Part shown: piece by piece, positions 1 through 8,127 of the stretch
How positions within the stretch are numbered: the first letter of the stretch is position 1
Layout of the letters: each line of letters begins with the position of its first letter
NCBI GenBank assembly: GCA_016926735.1
Contig: JAFGOA010000233.1
Coordinates: 1 to 11,423, forward strand
Direction: 5' to 3'
DNA length: 11,423 nt
Origin: Promethearchaeota archaeon
GTDB taxonomy: Archaea; Asgardarchaeota; Lokiarchaeia; Sigyniarchaeales; SOKP01
Translations under genes and position numbers: made by a program
Notes under the pieces: generated by a model
Told to the model about the DNA's origin: nothing
Database searches by the model: none
Seen by the model: the letters and a program-made list of their open reading frames with translations, nothing else

Positions 1-1051
1 AGACTTGGGTTGTAGCTGATTCATCAATTTTTATTACTCTTTTACCTATTTTTTCTGCTTTATAGGTTAAAAATTGTATAAATCGAGCCATAAATCCTGT
101 GTTTTGAACGGAATGATTCAATGTTTTTTTCTGTTGATTTATTTTAGCGTTTCCTGTTGTTTTCTTCTTTTTAGCCATTTGCTTTACTTTCAATTTTCCC
201 ACAATGATTGTATTTGCTTTCGTATTGGATACTATTTGATGTGAAAGCCAATGTTGATAATCTCTAAGTTGATGAGCACATGTTCTTTTCATTTTCGATA
301 CTTTTTAATGATACCAATTCCACCTCTTACTATATTTCTTGCAATGGTCTCGTTTTGATTGCACTTGTTCAATCTTTTTTTTCCAATAGAGATCTGCTCT
401 TCGATTTTTAAATTGAATGGATTTTCCAACGATATTTACTCCAGCTGTCTGGGAAATTCCAATATCATAAGCTTGAAAGAAGAAATTATCGAAGTATTTG
501 GGTGGATTGAAATCATAGGTAATTGATACAAACCATTTCTTACTTACTTGAGATATTTCTACTTGTTTCATTTTTTTTTGCGGAATGAGATGAGAGGGAA
601 GAATAAAGCAAAGATTGATTTTCGAGGGGTATTTATGGGAGAATGTAATTGTATTCTCCTTAATTTTAAATCCAGACTGATTCTAACAGAGGGTAAAAAA
701 ATACTTCTTTCCTTTAAATCCTGGAGGTCTTGCTGTTGTATCTCCTTTTTTTAATTTAGAGAAAAAGGAGGTATAATCTCTCTTGAGTTTTTCAAGTGTC
801 ATTTGAAGGACTTTCGAATAGACCCACTTATATTCTGGGTATCTTTCCTTCAAGAGAGGTAATGATTTTGATTGATCCTCATAGGTAATATAGTTACGTT
901 GTTCTTTTGTTTTCTTTTTATTGTCTTTCCAATCTTGAATACGCTGAGCCAACACAAAATTAAAAATAAGGCGGCATTTCTCAGATAAGATCCATAGAAG
1001 TTGTTCTTGTTCTTTAATCGGATATATTCTTATTTTTTGAGTTAGCTTCAT
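1..1051 (-). pseudogene. tnpB: TnpB (IS200/IS605 OrfB, RNA-guided endonuclease) pseudogene, two in-frame nonsense codons, 3' end outside window
   Basis: Manual translation shows that ORFs 683..1051 and 305..571 and the stretch 304..2 are one reading frame, interrupted by TAG (683-685) and TAA (305-307). The N-terminus KIRIYP..EQ..LL....EKCRLIFN is the OrfB HTH, followed by VYSKVLQMTL and RPPGFKG, ...FFTLC*NQSGFKI, RuvC-I AYDIG (D at 464-466), HQLRDYQHWLSHQIV, NTIIVGKL, GFMARFIQFLTYKAEKIGKRVIKIDESATTQV. The sequence ends just before the expected Zn-ribbon. Confidence 0.92.
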
Positions 1052-1122
1052 TATTTTGAAAAGAAGCAGAGAACCATTAAATATAAGAAGACTGTAATGA
1101 TTTATTAATTCATATAATCAGA

Positions 1123-1162
1123 CTCAATTCATCCTATTCCTAAAGGAAGGGGTCTTCTTGAG
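1123..1162. repeat. Imperfect inverted repeat: IS200/IS605 left-end subterminal hairpin
   Basis: CTCAA-TTCAT-CCTA-TTCC-TAAA-GGAA-GGGG-TCTTC-TTGAG. The core stem is TTCC/GGAA with a TAAA loop and the outer stem is CTCAA/TTGAG. It is a GC-rich island in AT-rich DNA and matches the recurring CAATTCATCC...CTAAAG...GGGGTCTTCTTG end signature of this family. Confidence 0.75.
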
Positions 1163-1366
1163 GTTCAAAGGATAAATAAATTTTCGAAAAAATTTACTTA
1201 ATATCAATCAATATCTCATTTTTGTATAATATTGATAGTAATATTCGGAAATACTTTATGATTAAAGTTTATACTCTCAAAAATTCGAATAGAAGTATTA
1301 AATAAGGATACAAAATTTCAATAATAAAAAAAATCGTTAGAAATTATAATAAATATTGCATTTTCT

Positions 1367-2326
1367 ATGATAAAAAATAAAACTATTCTTATAACAGGAG
1401 GAGCGGGATTTATTGGTTCTAATCTGGCTCAAACATTACTAAAGGAAGATAATTATATTTTGATAATCGATAATTTTAATGATTTTTATCCTGGAAAAAA
1501 AGAACAATTAGAGACTATACTTGAACCATATAAACATAAAATAGAGTACAATATTATAAATGGAGATCTTGTGAATAAATCTATATTTCAAAAAATTGAT
1601 ATGGAGGTGGATTACATCTTTCATTTAGCGGCTCAACCCGGTGTAAGATACTCTATTAATAATATAGAACAAGTTTCCCATAATAATATGTTTAGTACAA
1701 TTAAAATTTATGAATATGCTTTAGAAAAAAACGTAAAGAAAGTATTATATGCTTCTTCTTCTTCTGTCTATGGTAATCCTTTATATACACCTGTGGATGA
1801 AGATCATCCTAAAAATCCAATTTCACCTTATGCAATTTCAAAATGGATCGGTGAAATATATGCAGATTATTATTATCGAGAGTTAAATTTACCTATAAGC
1901 ACTTTAAGATTTTATACTGTTTATGGACCTTTTGGAAGACCTGATATGGCAATAAGGAAATTTTTTGACTTAATTCTCCATAATAAAAAGTTAACTATTT
2001 TTGGAGATGGAAATCAACTCAGAGATTTCACGTATGTGAGTGATATTATTAATGGTTTGATTTTATCCTGTGAAAATAAGAAAGCTGAGGGAGAGACTTT
2101 TAATTTAGGATCTTCAAATCCAATAACTGTTAATGAATTAATAGATAAAATATATAAAATTACTGAGAAGAACAGAAATGTTGAGTATATTGAAAAACAA
2201 AAAGGAGATATAGAAGTCACTTTTTCTAACATCGAAAAAGCCCAGAGAATCTTAGGCTTTAAACCTAAGTTTGATATAGATGTAGGTTTAGAAAAGACAT
2301 ATAATTGGCAATTAAATAATTCTTAA
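1367..2326 (+). CDS. NAD-dependent nucleotide-sugar epimerase/dehydratase (extended SDR), UDP-glucuronate 4-epimerase-like
   Basis: TGGAGFIG Rossmann motif, HLAAQPGVRYS, ASSSSVYG, catalytic YAISK (YxxxK). RFYTVYGPFGRPDMA is typical of the UDP-GlcA 4-epimerase (CapI/WbnF) subgroup. Confidence 0.92.
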   Translation: MIKNKTILITGGAGFIGSNLAQTLLKEDNYILIIDNFNDFYPGKKEQLETILEPYKHKIEYNIINGDLVNKSIFQKIDMEVDYIFHLAAQPGVRYSINNIEQVSHNNMFSTIKIYEYALEKNVKKVLYASSSSVYGNPLYTPVDEDHPKNPISPYAISKWIGEIYADYYYRELNLPISTLRFYTVYGPFGRPDMAIRKFFDLILHNKKLTIFGDGNQLRDFTYVSDIINGLILSCENKKAEGETFNLGSSNPITVNELIDKIYKITEKNRNVEYIEKQKGDIEVTFSNIEKAQRILGFKPKFDIDVGLEKTYNWQLNNS

Positions 2327-2369
2327 ATGACTTCAATAATTAAAATAAAACTAAAGAGAAGATGATATT

Positions 2370-3332
2370 ATGAATTTCCAAAATAAAAGAGTTGTTGTTA
2401 CTGGAGTTGCTGGTTTTATAGGTAGTAATCTTGCAGATAAATTATTAGAATTAGGAGCGGAGGTCATTGGAATTGATAATCTTCTCACAGGAAGAAAAGA
2501 AAATTTAGCCCTAGCTTTAAATAATACTAATTTTAAATTTTTTCAGGGAGATATAAGAGATTTAGACTTTCTTTTAGAGATATTTAAAGATATCGATATA
2601 ATTTTTCATCAAGCAGCTTTCACAAGTGTACCTCAATCAATTTTAATGCCTAAAACATGTAATGATATTAATGTTGATGGTATTTTAAACATACTTAATG
2701 TAGCCAGAAAAAGAGATATTGAAAATATTGTATCTGCTTCAAGTGCTGCGGTTTATGGAGATGATCAAACACTACCTAAAAAAGAAGATATGTTATGTAC
2801 TCCAATCTCTCCATATGGGGTCTCTAAGTTAGCTGGTGAAATGTATATGCAATCATATTATCACAGTTATGGATTAAAGACAAAATCCTTACGATATTTT
2901 AACGTATTTGGTCCAAAGCAGAGAGATTCTGCATATAGTGGTGTAATTGCTATTTGGTTTGGGAATGTTGTTCGAAATGAAGATGTATTAGTCTATGGAG
3001 ATGGAATGCAAACAAGAGATTTTATTTATATAAAGGATATAGTTCATGCTAATTTATTGGCTTCAGAAAGCAAGGTTTGGGGTGAAGTATTTAATATTGG
3101 ATCTGGAATCCCAATTAATTTAAATACATTAGCAGAACTTATAATAAAAATAACAAATAAAGCAAATTTAAAAATTAAATATAAAATGCAAAGAAATGGT
3201 GATATACTACATAGTTATTGCGATAATAATAAAGCAAAAGAAATCCTTAAGTTTATACCAACTTATAATCTAGAAGAAGGATTAAAAAATTATTATAAAT
3301 ATTTATTGGATAATAAAATATCGCTAATATAG
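2370..3332 (+). CDS. NAD-dependent nucleotide-sugar epimerase (extended SDR), WbpP/VipB-like UDP-GlcNAc(A) 4-epimerase
   Basis: TGVAGFIG, HQAAFTSVPQS, ASSAAVYG, YGVSK, LRYFNVFGPKQ...YSGVI, GDGMQTRDF. Confidence 0.92.
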   Translation: MNFQNKRVVVTGVAGFIGSNLADKLLELGAEVIGIDNLLTGRKENLALALNNTNFKFFQGDIRDLDFLLEIFKDIDIIFHQAAFTSVPQSILMPKTCNDINVDGILNILNVARKRDIENIVSASSAAVYGDDQTLPKKEDMLCTPISPYGVSKLAGEMYMQSYYHSYGLKTKSLRYFNVFGPKQRDSAYSGVIAIWFGNVVRNEDVLVYGDGMQTRDFIYIKDIVHANLLASESKVWGEVFNIGSGIPINLNTLAELIIKITNKANLKIKYKMQRNGDILHSYCDNNKAKEILKFIPTYNLEEGLKNYYKYLLDNKISLI

Positions 3333-3340
3333 ATAAAAAA

Positions 3341-5590
3341 ATGAAAGATATAACTATTAAATATAAAATAAATAATATTATTATTTCGATTTATAATAAT
3401 CGAATTATATTAAGCTTTCTTATCTCAATACTTTCGTTTAGTATGATAATACTACAAATATTTCATGTGAATATCAGTAGTATAATATATAATTTTTATG
3501 CTTTATTTACGCTCCTATTTATCCCTTCTTATCCAGTTTTTTTTTTAATATTGAAAAGATGGAAAATTAACATATTAGAGAAATTTACATTAACAATTAT
3601 TTCTAATATATCATTTTATATTTTAATAGGATATTTTATTTCTTATACAGGATTAGCAATAACATCATTTTACTATATTACAATAACAATATTAAGCTTT
3701 TTAATTATTTTTTTATATTCAATAGCTAAATTAGAAAAATCTAATTATCAAGGTTTTTTATTTATTGAAAAGAAATCTAAAGAATACACAGATTTTTGTA
3801 ATACTTTTTCATTATTGAATTATATAAAGACAAAAATTTCATTAAATTTTTTTCTACTTTTAGTTTTTCTTATGCTTATTTGCTTTTTTAATTTATTTTC
3901 ATCCAGTATTTTTCTGGGAACCGATTCTTGGCTTCATGTTTCGATTATTCGATTTATTACTGAGAAAAATATGATTCCTCACAACGAATACTTCGGTGCT
4001 ATGGGATTACATATATATAGTGCTGTTTTTCATTTTTTTTCAGGAATAGACATTTTATTGATTCCTAAGTTTTACGTTTTTTATACATTCCCCATCTCTG
4101 CTATGATATTATATATCATATTAAAAAGAATTTTTAACAATCAAAATCTAGCAATTTTTGGAGTATTTATATTAGAATTCTCTTCTTTAGGTTTTGGAAA
4201 TATTATGCATTTATTCTGGCCAGAGAGTCTCGCAGTTTTACAGTTATTAACAATCTTTTTTATATTATATCTTAGAATTAAAGAGTTTACAGAACTAAAA
4301 ACAATAAAAAAAGAAAATATTTTTAAAAATCTTGTTATATCATATACGCTAATTACAATATTATTCCTAAGCGCTTTTATTATCCATTCATTAGTATCTC
4401 TTATTCTATTAGTTTCATATTTATGGATCTATTTAATCTTTTTTTTAAAAGATTATAGAAGGGGATTTGATTTTATAATTTTGTGTTTTTTAGTTGGTAT
4501 TATTTTTATTTTTTATTATCTCAAAATAGGAGTAGGCCATTTGTTTGTATTCTCATATTTTCTGACTCTTCCCGTTTTTTATTATTTTCTATTATTGTTA
4601 GCTTTAATTGTGGTATTATTTCCAATAATAAGGGCGTTTCATAATACTATAAAATTTGGTCAAGTTGAATTTTTTGAATTAGATTCAAGAGATTTTAAAA
4701 AATATTTGGATTTTGAAAATAAAATTATAATTCCATTATCTGTAATCATTGTATCATTTTTGTCAGTTCTATTCATGCTTGGTAATATTTTTTCACTAAA
4801 CCTAGATATTGTAAGCGCAATAACGTCCATAGAAATGTTTATTTTTGCCTTTTTTGCTATTTGGGGTATTATTATTTTTCAAAAAATATCGAAAGGAAAA
4901 ATTTTAATGATTTGGATGGTGGGCTTGGGATTATTGATATTTGCTGCATTAGTCTATGATATGTTATTTATTGTTAAAGGATTTTGGTTGAGAATAATCC
5001 ATCTTAGCTCTCCTTCCATAATAATAGGATTTATATCATATATTTACAAATTAGTTAAAATAAAAGCATTTGAATATAAAAAATTCTCAATAATCGTATC
5101 AATTATAATCTTCTTTTCATTAATATCTGCCTTCTCATATGATAATACTGTTTTTAGACATTTTAGTCTTGAAAGGAGAGAATTAAATACCGTTTATTGG
5201 TATAGTGAATACACATCTAATAAAGGATTAGTGGCAATCGAATTTGGTTGGCATTATGGTATTATGTATTATGATTATCCATATGATCAAAACAATGAAT
5301 CATTAGGATTAGATTCTGTAGCTTATATCAAATATGTAAATTCAAGTATTTTAAAACCAGAAGAACATATATCTAATAACGTAAATATACTACAGCAATT
5401 GAAAAATCGTTATAGTACTGATTTTTATATCTTCTTAACAGATTACTATTTGGTATATGGAGGATGGACCTTTTATGATAGTTTAAATCAAACGCAGATT
5501 CAACAATATTATAATCTTCCTTACTTGAATAGAATTTGTTCATCTAAAAGTATTGATGGATTAATAGAACCAATATATTGGGTAATATAA
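3341..5590 (+). CDS. Polytopic membrane protein, putative GT-C-fold glycosyltransferase
   Basis: 749 aa with well over a dozen hydrophobic segments. A GTDSWLH motif (3917-3937) sits just after a TM helix, where GT-C enzymes carry their catalytic acidic residue. There is a soluble C-terminal domain. It lies 8 nt downstream of the epimerase and upstream of a DPM1-like GT2. The CDS is certain; the function is inferred. Confidence 0.65.
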   Translation: MKDITIKYKINNIIISIYNNRIILSFLISILSFSMIILQIFHVNISSIIYNFYALFTLLFIPSYPVFFLILKRWKINILEKFTLTIISNISFYILIGYFISYTGLAITSFYYITITILSFLIIFLYSIAKLEKSNYQGFLFIEKKSKEYTDFCNTFSLLNYIKTKISLNFFLLLVFLMLICFFNLFSSSIFLGTDSWLHVSIIRFITEKNMIPHNEYFGAMGLHIYSAVFHFFSGIDILLIPKFYVFYTFPISAMILYIILKRIFNNQNLAIFGVFILEFSSLGFGNIMHLFWPESLAVLQLLTIFFILYLRIKEFTELKTIKKENIFKNLVISYTLITILFLSAFIIHSLVSLILLVSYLWIYLIFFLKDYRRGFDFIILCFLVGIIFIFYYLKIGVGHLFVFSYFLTLPVFYYFLLLLALIVVLFPIIRAFHNTIKFGQVEFFELDSRDFKKYLDFENKIIIPLSVIIVSFLSVLFMLGNIFSLNLDIVSAITSIEMFIFAFFAIWGIIIFQKISKGKILMIWMVGLGLLIFAALVYDMLFIVKGFWLRIIHLSSPSIIIGFISYIYKLVKIKAFEYKKFSIIVSIIIFFSLISAFSYDNTVFRHFSLERRELNTVYWYSEYTSNKGLVAIEFGWHYGIMYYDYPYDQNNESLGLDSVAYIKYVNSSILKPEEHISNNVNILQQLKNRYSTDFYIFLTDYYLVYGGWTFYDSLNQTQIQQYYNLPYLNRICSSKSIDGLIEPIYWVI

Positions 5591-5817
5591 TTTATTTATT
5601 TTCCTACTTTAAGGGTATTTTATCATTATTTGGAATATATTAACTCTTTCAAATATAATTGGATTTTTTTTTTTTAACACATTTTTATAAGGAAAGATTG
5701 ATATAAATAAAATACAATATTTATATTACTAAATCAAATCTATTGATTCTATTAATTAAAATAATTTTAATTTCCAATTAAGTGTATTGATTCAAATTTA
5801 ACTTGGCATTATAATCT

Positions 5818-6588
5818 ATGACATTAGATAAAAATCTAGTAGAAATTAACACAAAAAGATTTATTTCAAAGAGCAATTCTATAATCCGGAAGGAAAATCG
5901 ATTAATATCTATAGTTATTCCTTTATATAATGAAGAAAAATCAATAAAATATGTTTTATTTAAAATTCCTCATGATGAAAACTATGAAATTTTAGTAGTT
6001 GACGATGGATCAACTGATGATAGTATAAAAAAGGTTCAAGAAGTTAGAGACAAGCGAATAAGAATTATCAAACATAAAAAAAATCAAGGATACGGGAAAG
6101 CGATATTAACAGGTTTCAAATACTCAAGAGGAGATATTATAGTTACACTTGATTCTGATGGTCAACATAATCCAGAAGAAATTTCAAGAATAATTAGACC
6201 AATAAAATTCAAGAAGGCAGATATTATAATAGGATCAAGATATTTAGGAAAAAGCAACTACAAGGTTCCTTTATATGTTAGAACGGGTGAGATGGTAATA
6301 AGTTATATCTTGTGGATTTTCTTTGGTAATAAAATAAATAATAATCAGAGTGGATTTAGAGCATTTAATAAAAAAAGTATCGAATGTATAAAAGCTACAA
6401 AAGATACGGGAATGGGTTTTACTACAGAAATATTATTTAGATCTAGTCAAGAAAATCTTAGAATATATGAAATTCCGATAACAGTTAATCCAAGAATGCA
6501 TGGTGTATCTCGCGTTCGCTTAATTAAATTGATTAAATCAATTTTACTTTGTGTAGCTTATTATTTTTTTAAAAAAAGAAAAACATAA
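5818..6588 (+). CDS. Glycosyltransferase family 2, dolichol/polyprenol-phosphate glycosyltransferase (DPM1-like)
   Basis: SIVIPLYNEE, VVDDGSTD, NQGYGKA, TLDSDGQHNPEEI (DxD), IIGSRY, QSGFRAF. Confidence 0.92.
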   Translation: MTLDKNLVEINTKRFISKSNSIIRKENRLISIVIPLYNEEKSIKYVLFKIPHDENYEILVVDDGSTDDSIKKVQEVRDKRIRIIKHKKNQGYGKAILTGFKYSRGDIIVTLDSDGQHNPEEISRIIRPIKFKKADIIIGSRYLGKSNYKVPLYVRTGEMVISYILWIFFGNKINNNQSGFRAFNKKSIECIKATKDTGMGFTTEILFRSSQENLRIYEIPITVNPRMHGVSRVRLIKLIKSILLCVAYYFFKKRKT

Positions 6589-6700
6589 TTTTCTTGTATA
6601 GATTGTCATGTGAATTAAATATAATTTAAAAATCTGACTTCTTACGAATGCACAACACCTTCCATTATGAATTGATTTGTATTTCGTAAAAGATTCGTTA

Positions 6701-7456
6701 TTAATTCAGTTTTTTTTTTATTAGAGAATTTGTATCCCCTTCAATTTTTATTAATTTTGGTATTATTCCTGCTTTGCCGACTTTATTTTCTCGATTAATT
6801 ATAACTCCTTTTACTCCAATAATATCTTGAGCAATATCCAGACCCTTGTTAATTGATTTTTCTATGTCTTCTCCTTTTACAACATTTGCAACTCTAGTAG
6901 CGGCAGCATCAGCTAAAGTTGCATTCTCAGCAAATATAGTTACAGCATCAGCATCTCCAAAACTAAAAGCATGCCCAATAGTTGCTGAACTGGTTCCAAT
7001 ACCTATAGGACAATCACTCTTTTCTATTAAAAACCCTATATTTAAATTTAAGTCATTAAGACCTGTATATAATCCAACTGTCATTGATTGAATAGAATTT
7101 ATCGCAATTTCTCCACCATTTTCTACAAGTGCAATTTTAGCAGGTTTGTAATCAGTTAATCCCTCCTGTTGCATTACTTCGACCATAATATCTGCAAATG
7201 CTCCAGCAACTGAAGCCATTGGACCGACATCACACAAATAACTTGCTTTCATCATAATTTTAATTATTTGATCATTACTATCGACCTTAATAGGAGAAAA
7301 GGAAGTTAAAAATTCCTTATTTTTATAAAGAAATTTCTCTAATATATTTCTTTGATAGAAGAATGATTCTTTTGCTCTTTGTATTGCAGAATTTGATTCT
7401 GAAATAATTGTTACATCTGATTCTTTTTCTATAAAATGATGCTTAAAAGTTTCCAT
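6701..7456 (-). CDS. UPF0280 family protein (ApbE superfamily)
   Basis: VGPMASVAGAFAD, VENGGEIA, GIGTSSATIGHAFSFGDADAVTIFAENATLADAAATRVAN are the conserved UPF0280 blocks. The length of 251 aa fits the family. Confidence 0.88.
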   Translation of the reverse strand: METFKHHFIEKESDVTIISESNSAIQRAKESFFYQRNILEKFLYKNKEFLTSFSPIKVDSNDQIIKIMMKASYLCDVGPMASVAGAFADIMVEVMQQEGLTDYKPAKIALVENGGEIAINSIQSMTVGLYTGLNDLNLNIGFLIEKSDCPIGIGTSSATIGHAFSFGDADAVTIFAENATLADAAATRVANVVKGEDIEKSINKGLDIAQDIIGVKGVIINRENKVGKAGIIPKLIKIEGDTNSLIKKKLN

Positions 7457-7557
7457 AATAAATATCTGTGAAAAATCTCTTTTTAGATGATCCTATAAAA
7501 TAAAATATAAATAAATATTGCATTATTAAGTTATTATAAACTTATTATTTTTAATTT

Positions 7558-8049
7558 ATGATTGATTTAAACTATGATGAAGTTATTTCTCATTTGCAAA
7601 AAGAATTAAATGCTGAGTGTGCGATTTCAAATAAATATGGTGTAATTCTTGGATCAGCAATAAAAGAGCTCCCAAAAAACAAAATAATCCCTCAAAATGT
7701 ATTAGATTTAATTGCAAATAGACAAGGCATTGCTAGTGTACTTAATCTTGATCAAATTACATCTTTTGCTCTAGAAGCTAAGGAAAATAATTATTTATTC
7801 ACATTTTCTAAGGATTTTATTTTAATATCTAAATTAGGCTTAGATGTTAACTTGGCTAAGTTTATGCCAAGTATCAGATTATTCCTGAAGAATCTAGATA
7901 CAAAAATAAAAAAACCAGAACAAATTGATTTTTCCAAATTCGATTTTTCAAAAGAGATAAGTCAAATTAAAGATAGCTTAGAGAAAGAAAAAATAAATAC
8001 CGAAAAATATTCAATTGTTAAAACTCTTATAAAATATATGTCTGATTAA
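7558..8049 (+). CDS. Roadblock/LAMTOR/MglB-like protein with C-terminal extension
   Basis: The sequence pattern is helix, beta hairpin (ECAISNKYGVILGS), helix, three strands (ITSFALEA/NYLFTF/FILISK), helix (NLAKFMPSIRLFLKNL), which matches the roadblock topology. It lies directly upstream of a small GTPase gene. The fold was inferred by eye. Confidence 0.6.
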   Translation: MIDLNYDEVISHLQKELNAECAISNKYGVILGSAIKELPKNKIIPQNVLDLIANRQGIASVLNLDQITSFALEAKENNYLFTFSKDFILISKLGLDVNLAKFMPSIRLFLKNLDTKIKKPEQIDFSKFDFSKEISQIKDSLEKEKINTEKYSIVKTLIKYMSD

Positions 8050-8050
8050 T

Positions 8051-8056
8051 GGTGAT
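8051..8056 (+). promoter_or_regulatory. Archaeal Shine-Dalgarno (GGTGAT) for the longin-GTPase gene
   Basis: GGTGAT lies 5 nt before the in-frame ATT (8062) at which the longin beta1 strand begins. Confidence 0.6.
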
Positions 8057-8127
8057 ACAAAATTTTAAGACAAGTATACATTTATAAAGAATCAGAATTA
8101 CTCTACCATAGACATTTTGGTAAAGTA

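Larger units (their letters stand above)
1..1171 (-). mobile_element. Non-autonomous IS200/IS605-family (IS1341-type) element, partial; left end near 1171
   Basis: tnpB is preceded by a subterminal hairpin about 70 nt upstream, leaving no room for tnpA. The boundary is inferred from TTTAT (minus strand, 1176-1172) just outside the hairpin. Confidence 0.7.

Noticed and set aside
683-685. In-frame TAG in tnpB as pyrrolysine or amber readthrough
   Set aside because: It is one base from the expected Tyr codon, and the same gene also has an in-frame TAA. Simple decay explains both.
548-754. 68-aa plus-strand ORF
   Set aside because: Antisense shadow of tnpB with no motifs.
1179-1237. Short palindromes (TTTTCGAAAA at 1181-1190; ATCAATAT...ATATTGAT) as operator sites
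   Set aside because: Expected by chance in DNA this AT-rich, with no supporting repetition or positional evidence.
2014-2232. 72-aa minus-strand ORF
   Set aside because: Antisense to the epimerase with no independent evidence.
3341-5590. AglB/STT3 oligosaccharyltransferase call
   Set aside because: No WWDYG or DK motif. The FGWHYG segment is only a loose resemblance.
5591-5817. AT-rich 227-nt spacer with a long T run as ncRNA, origin or CRISPR array
   Set aside because: No regular repeats or stable structure. It is consistent with an ordinary terminator plus promoter region.
6846-7091. 81-aa plus-strand ORF
   Set aside because: Antisense shadow of the UPF0280 gene.
8047-8055. Readthrough fusion of the roadblock and GTPase ORFs (same frame), or Sec at TGA 8053
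   Set aside because: Two stops (TAA, TGA) intervene, the TGA is part of the GGTGAT SD, and I saw no convincing SECIS.
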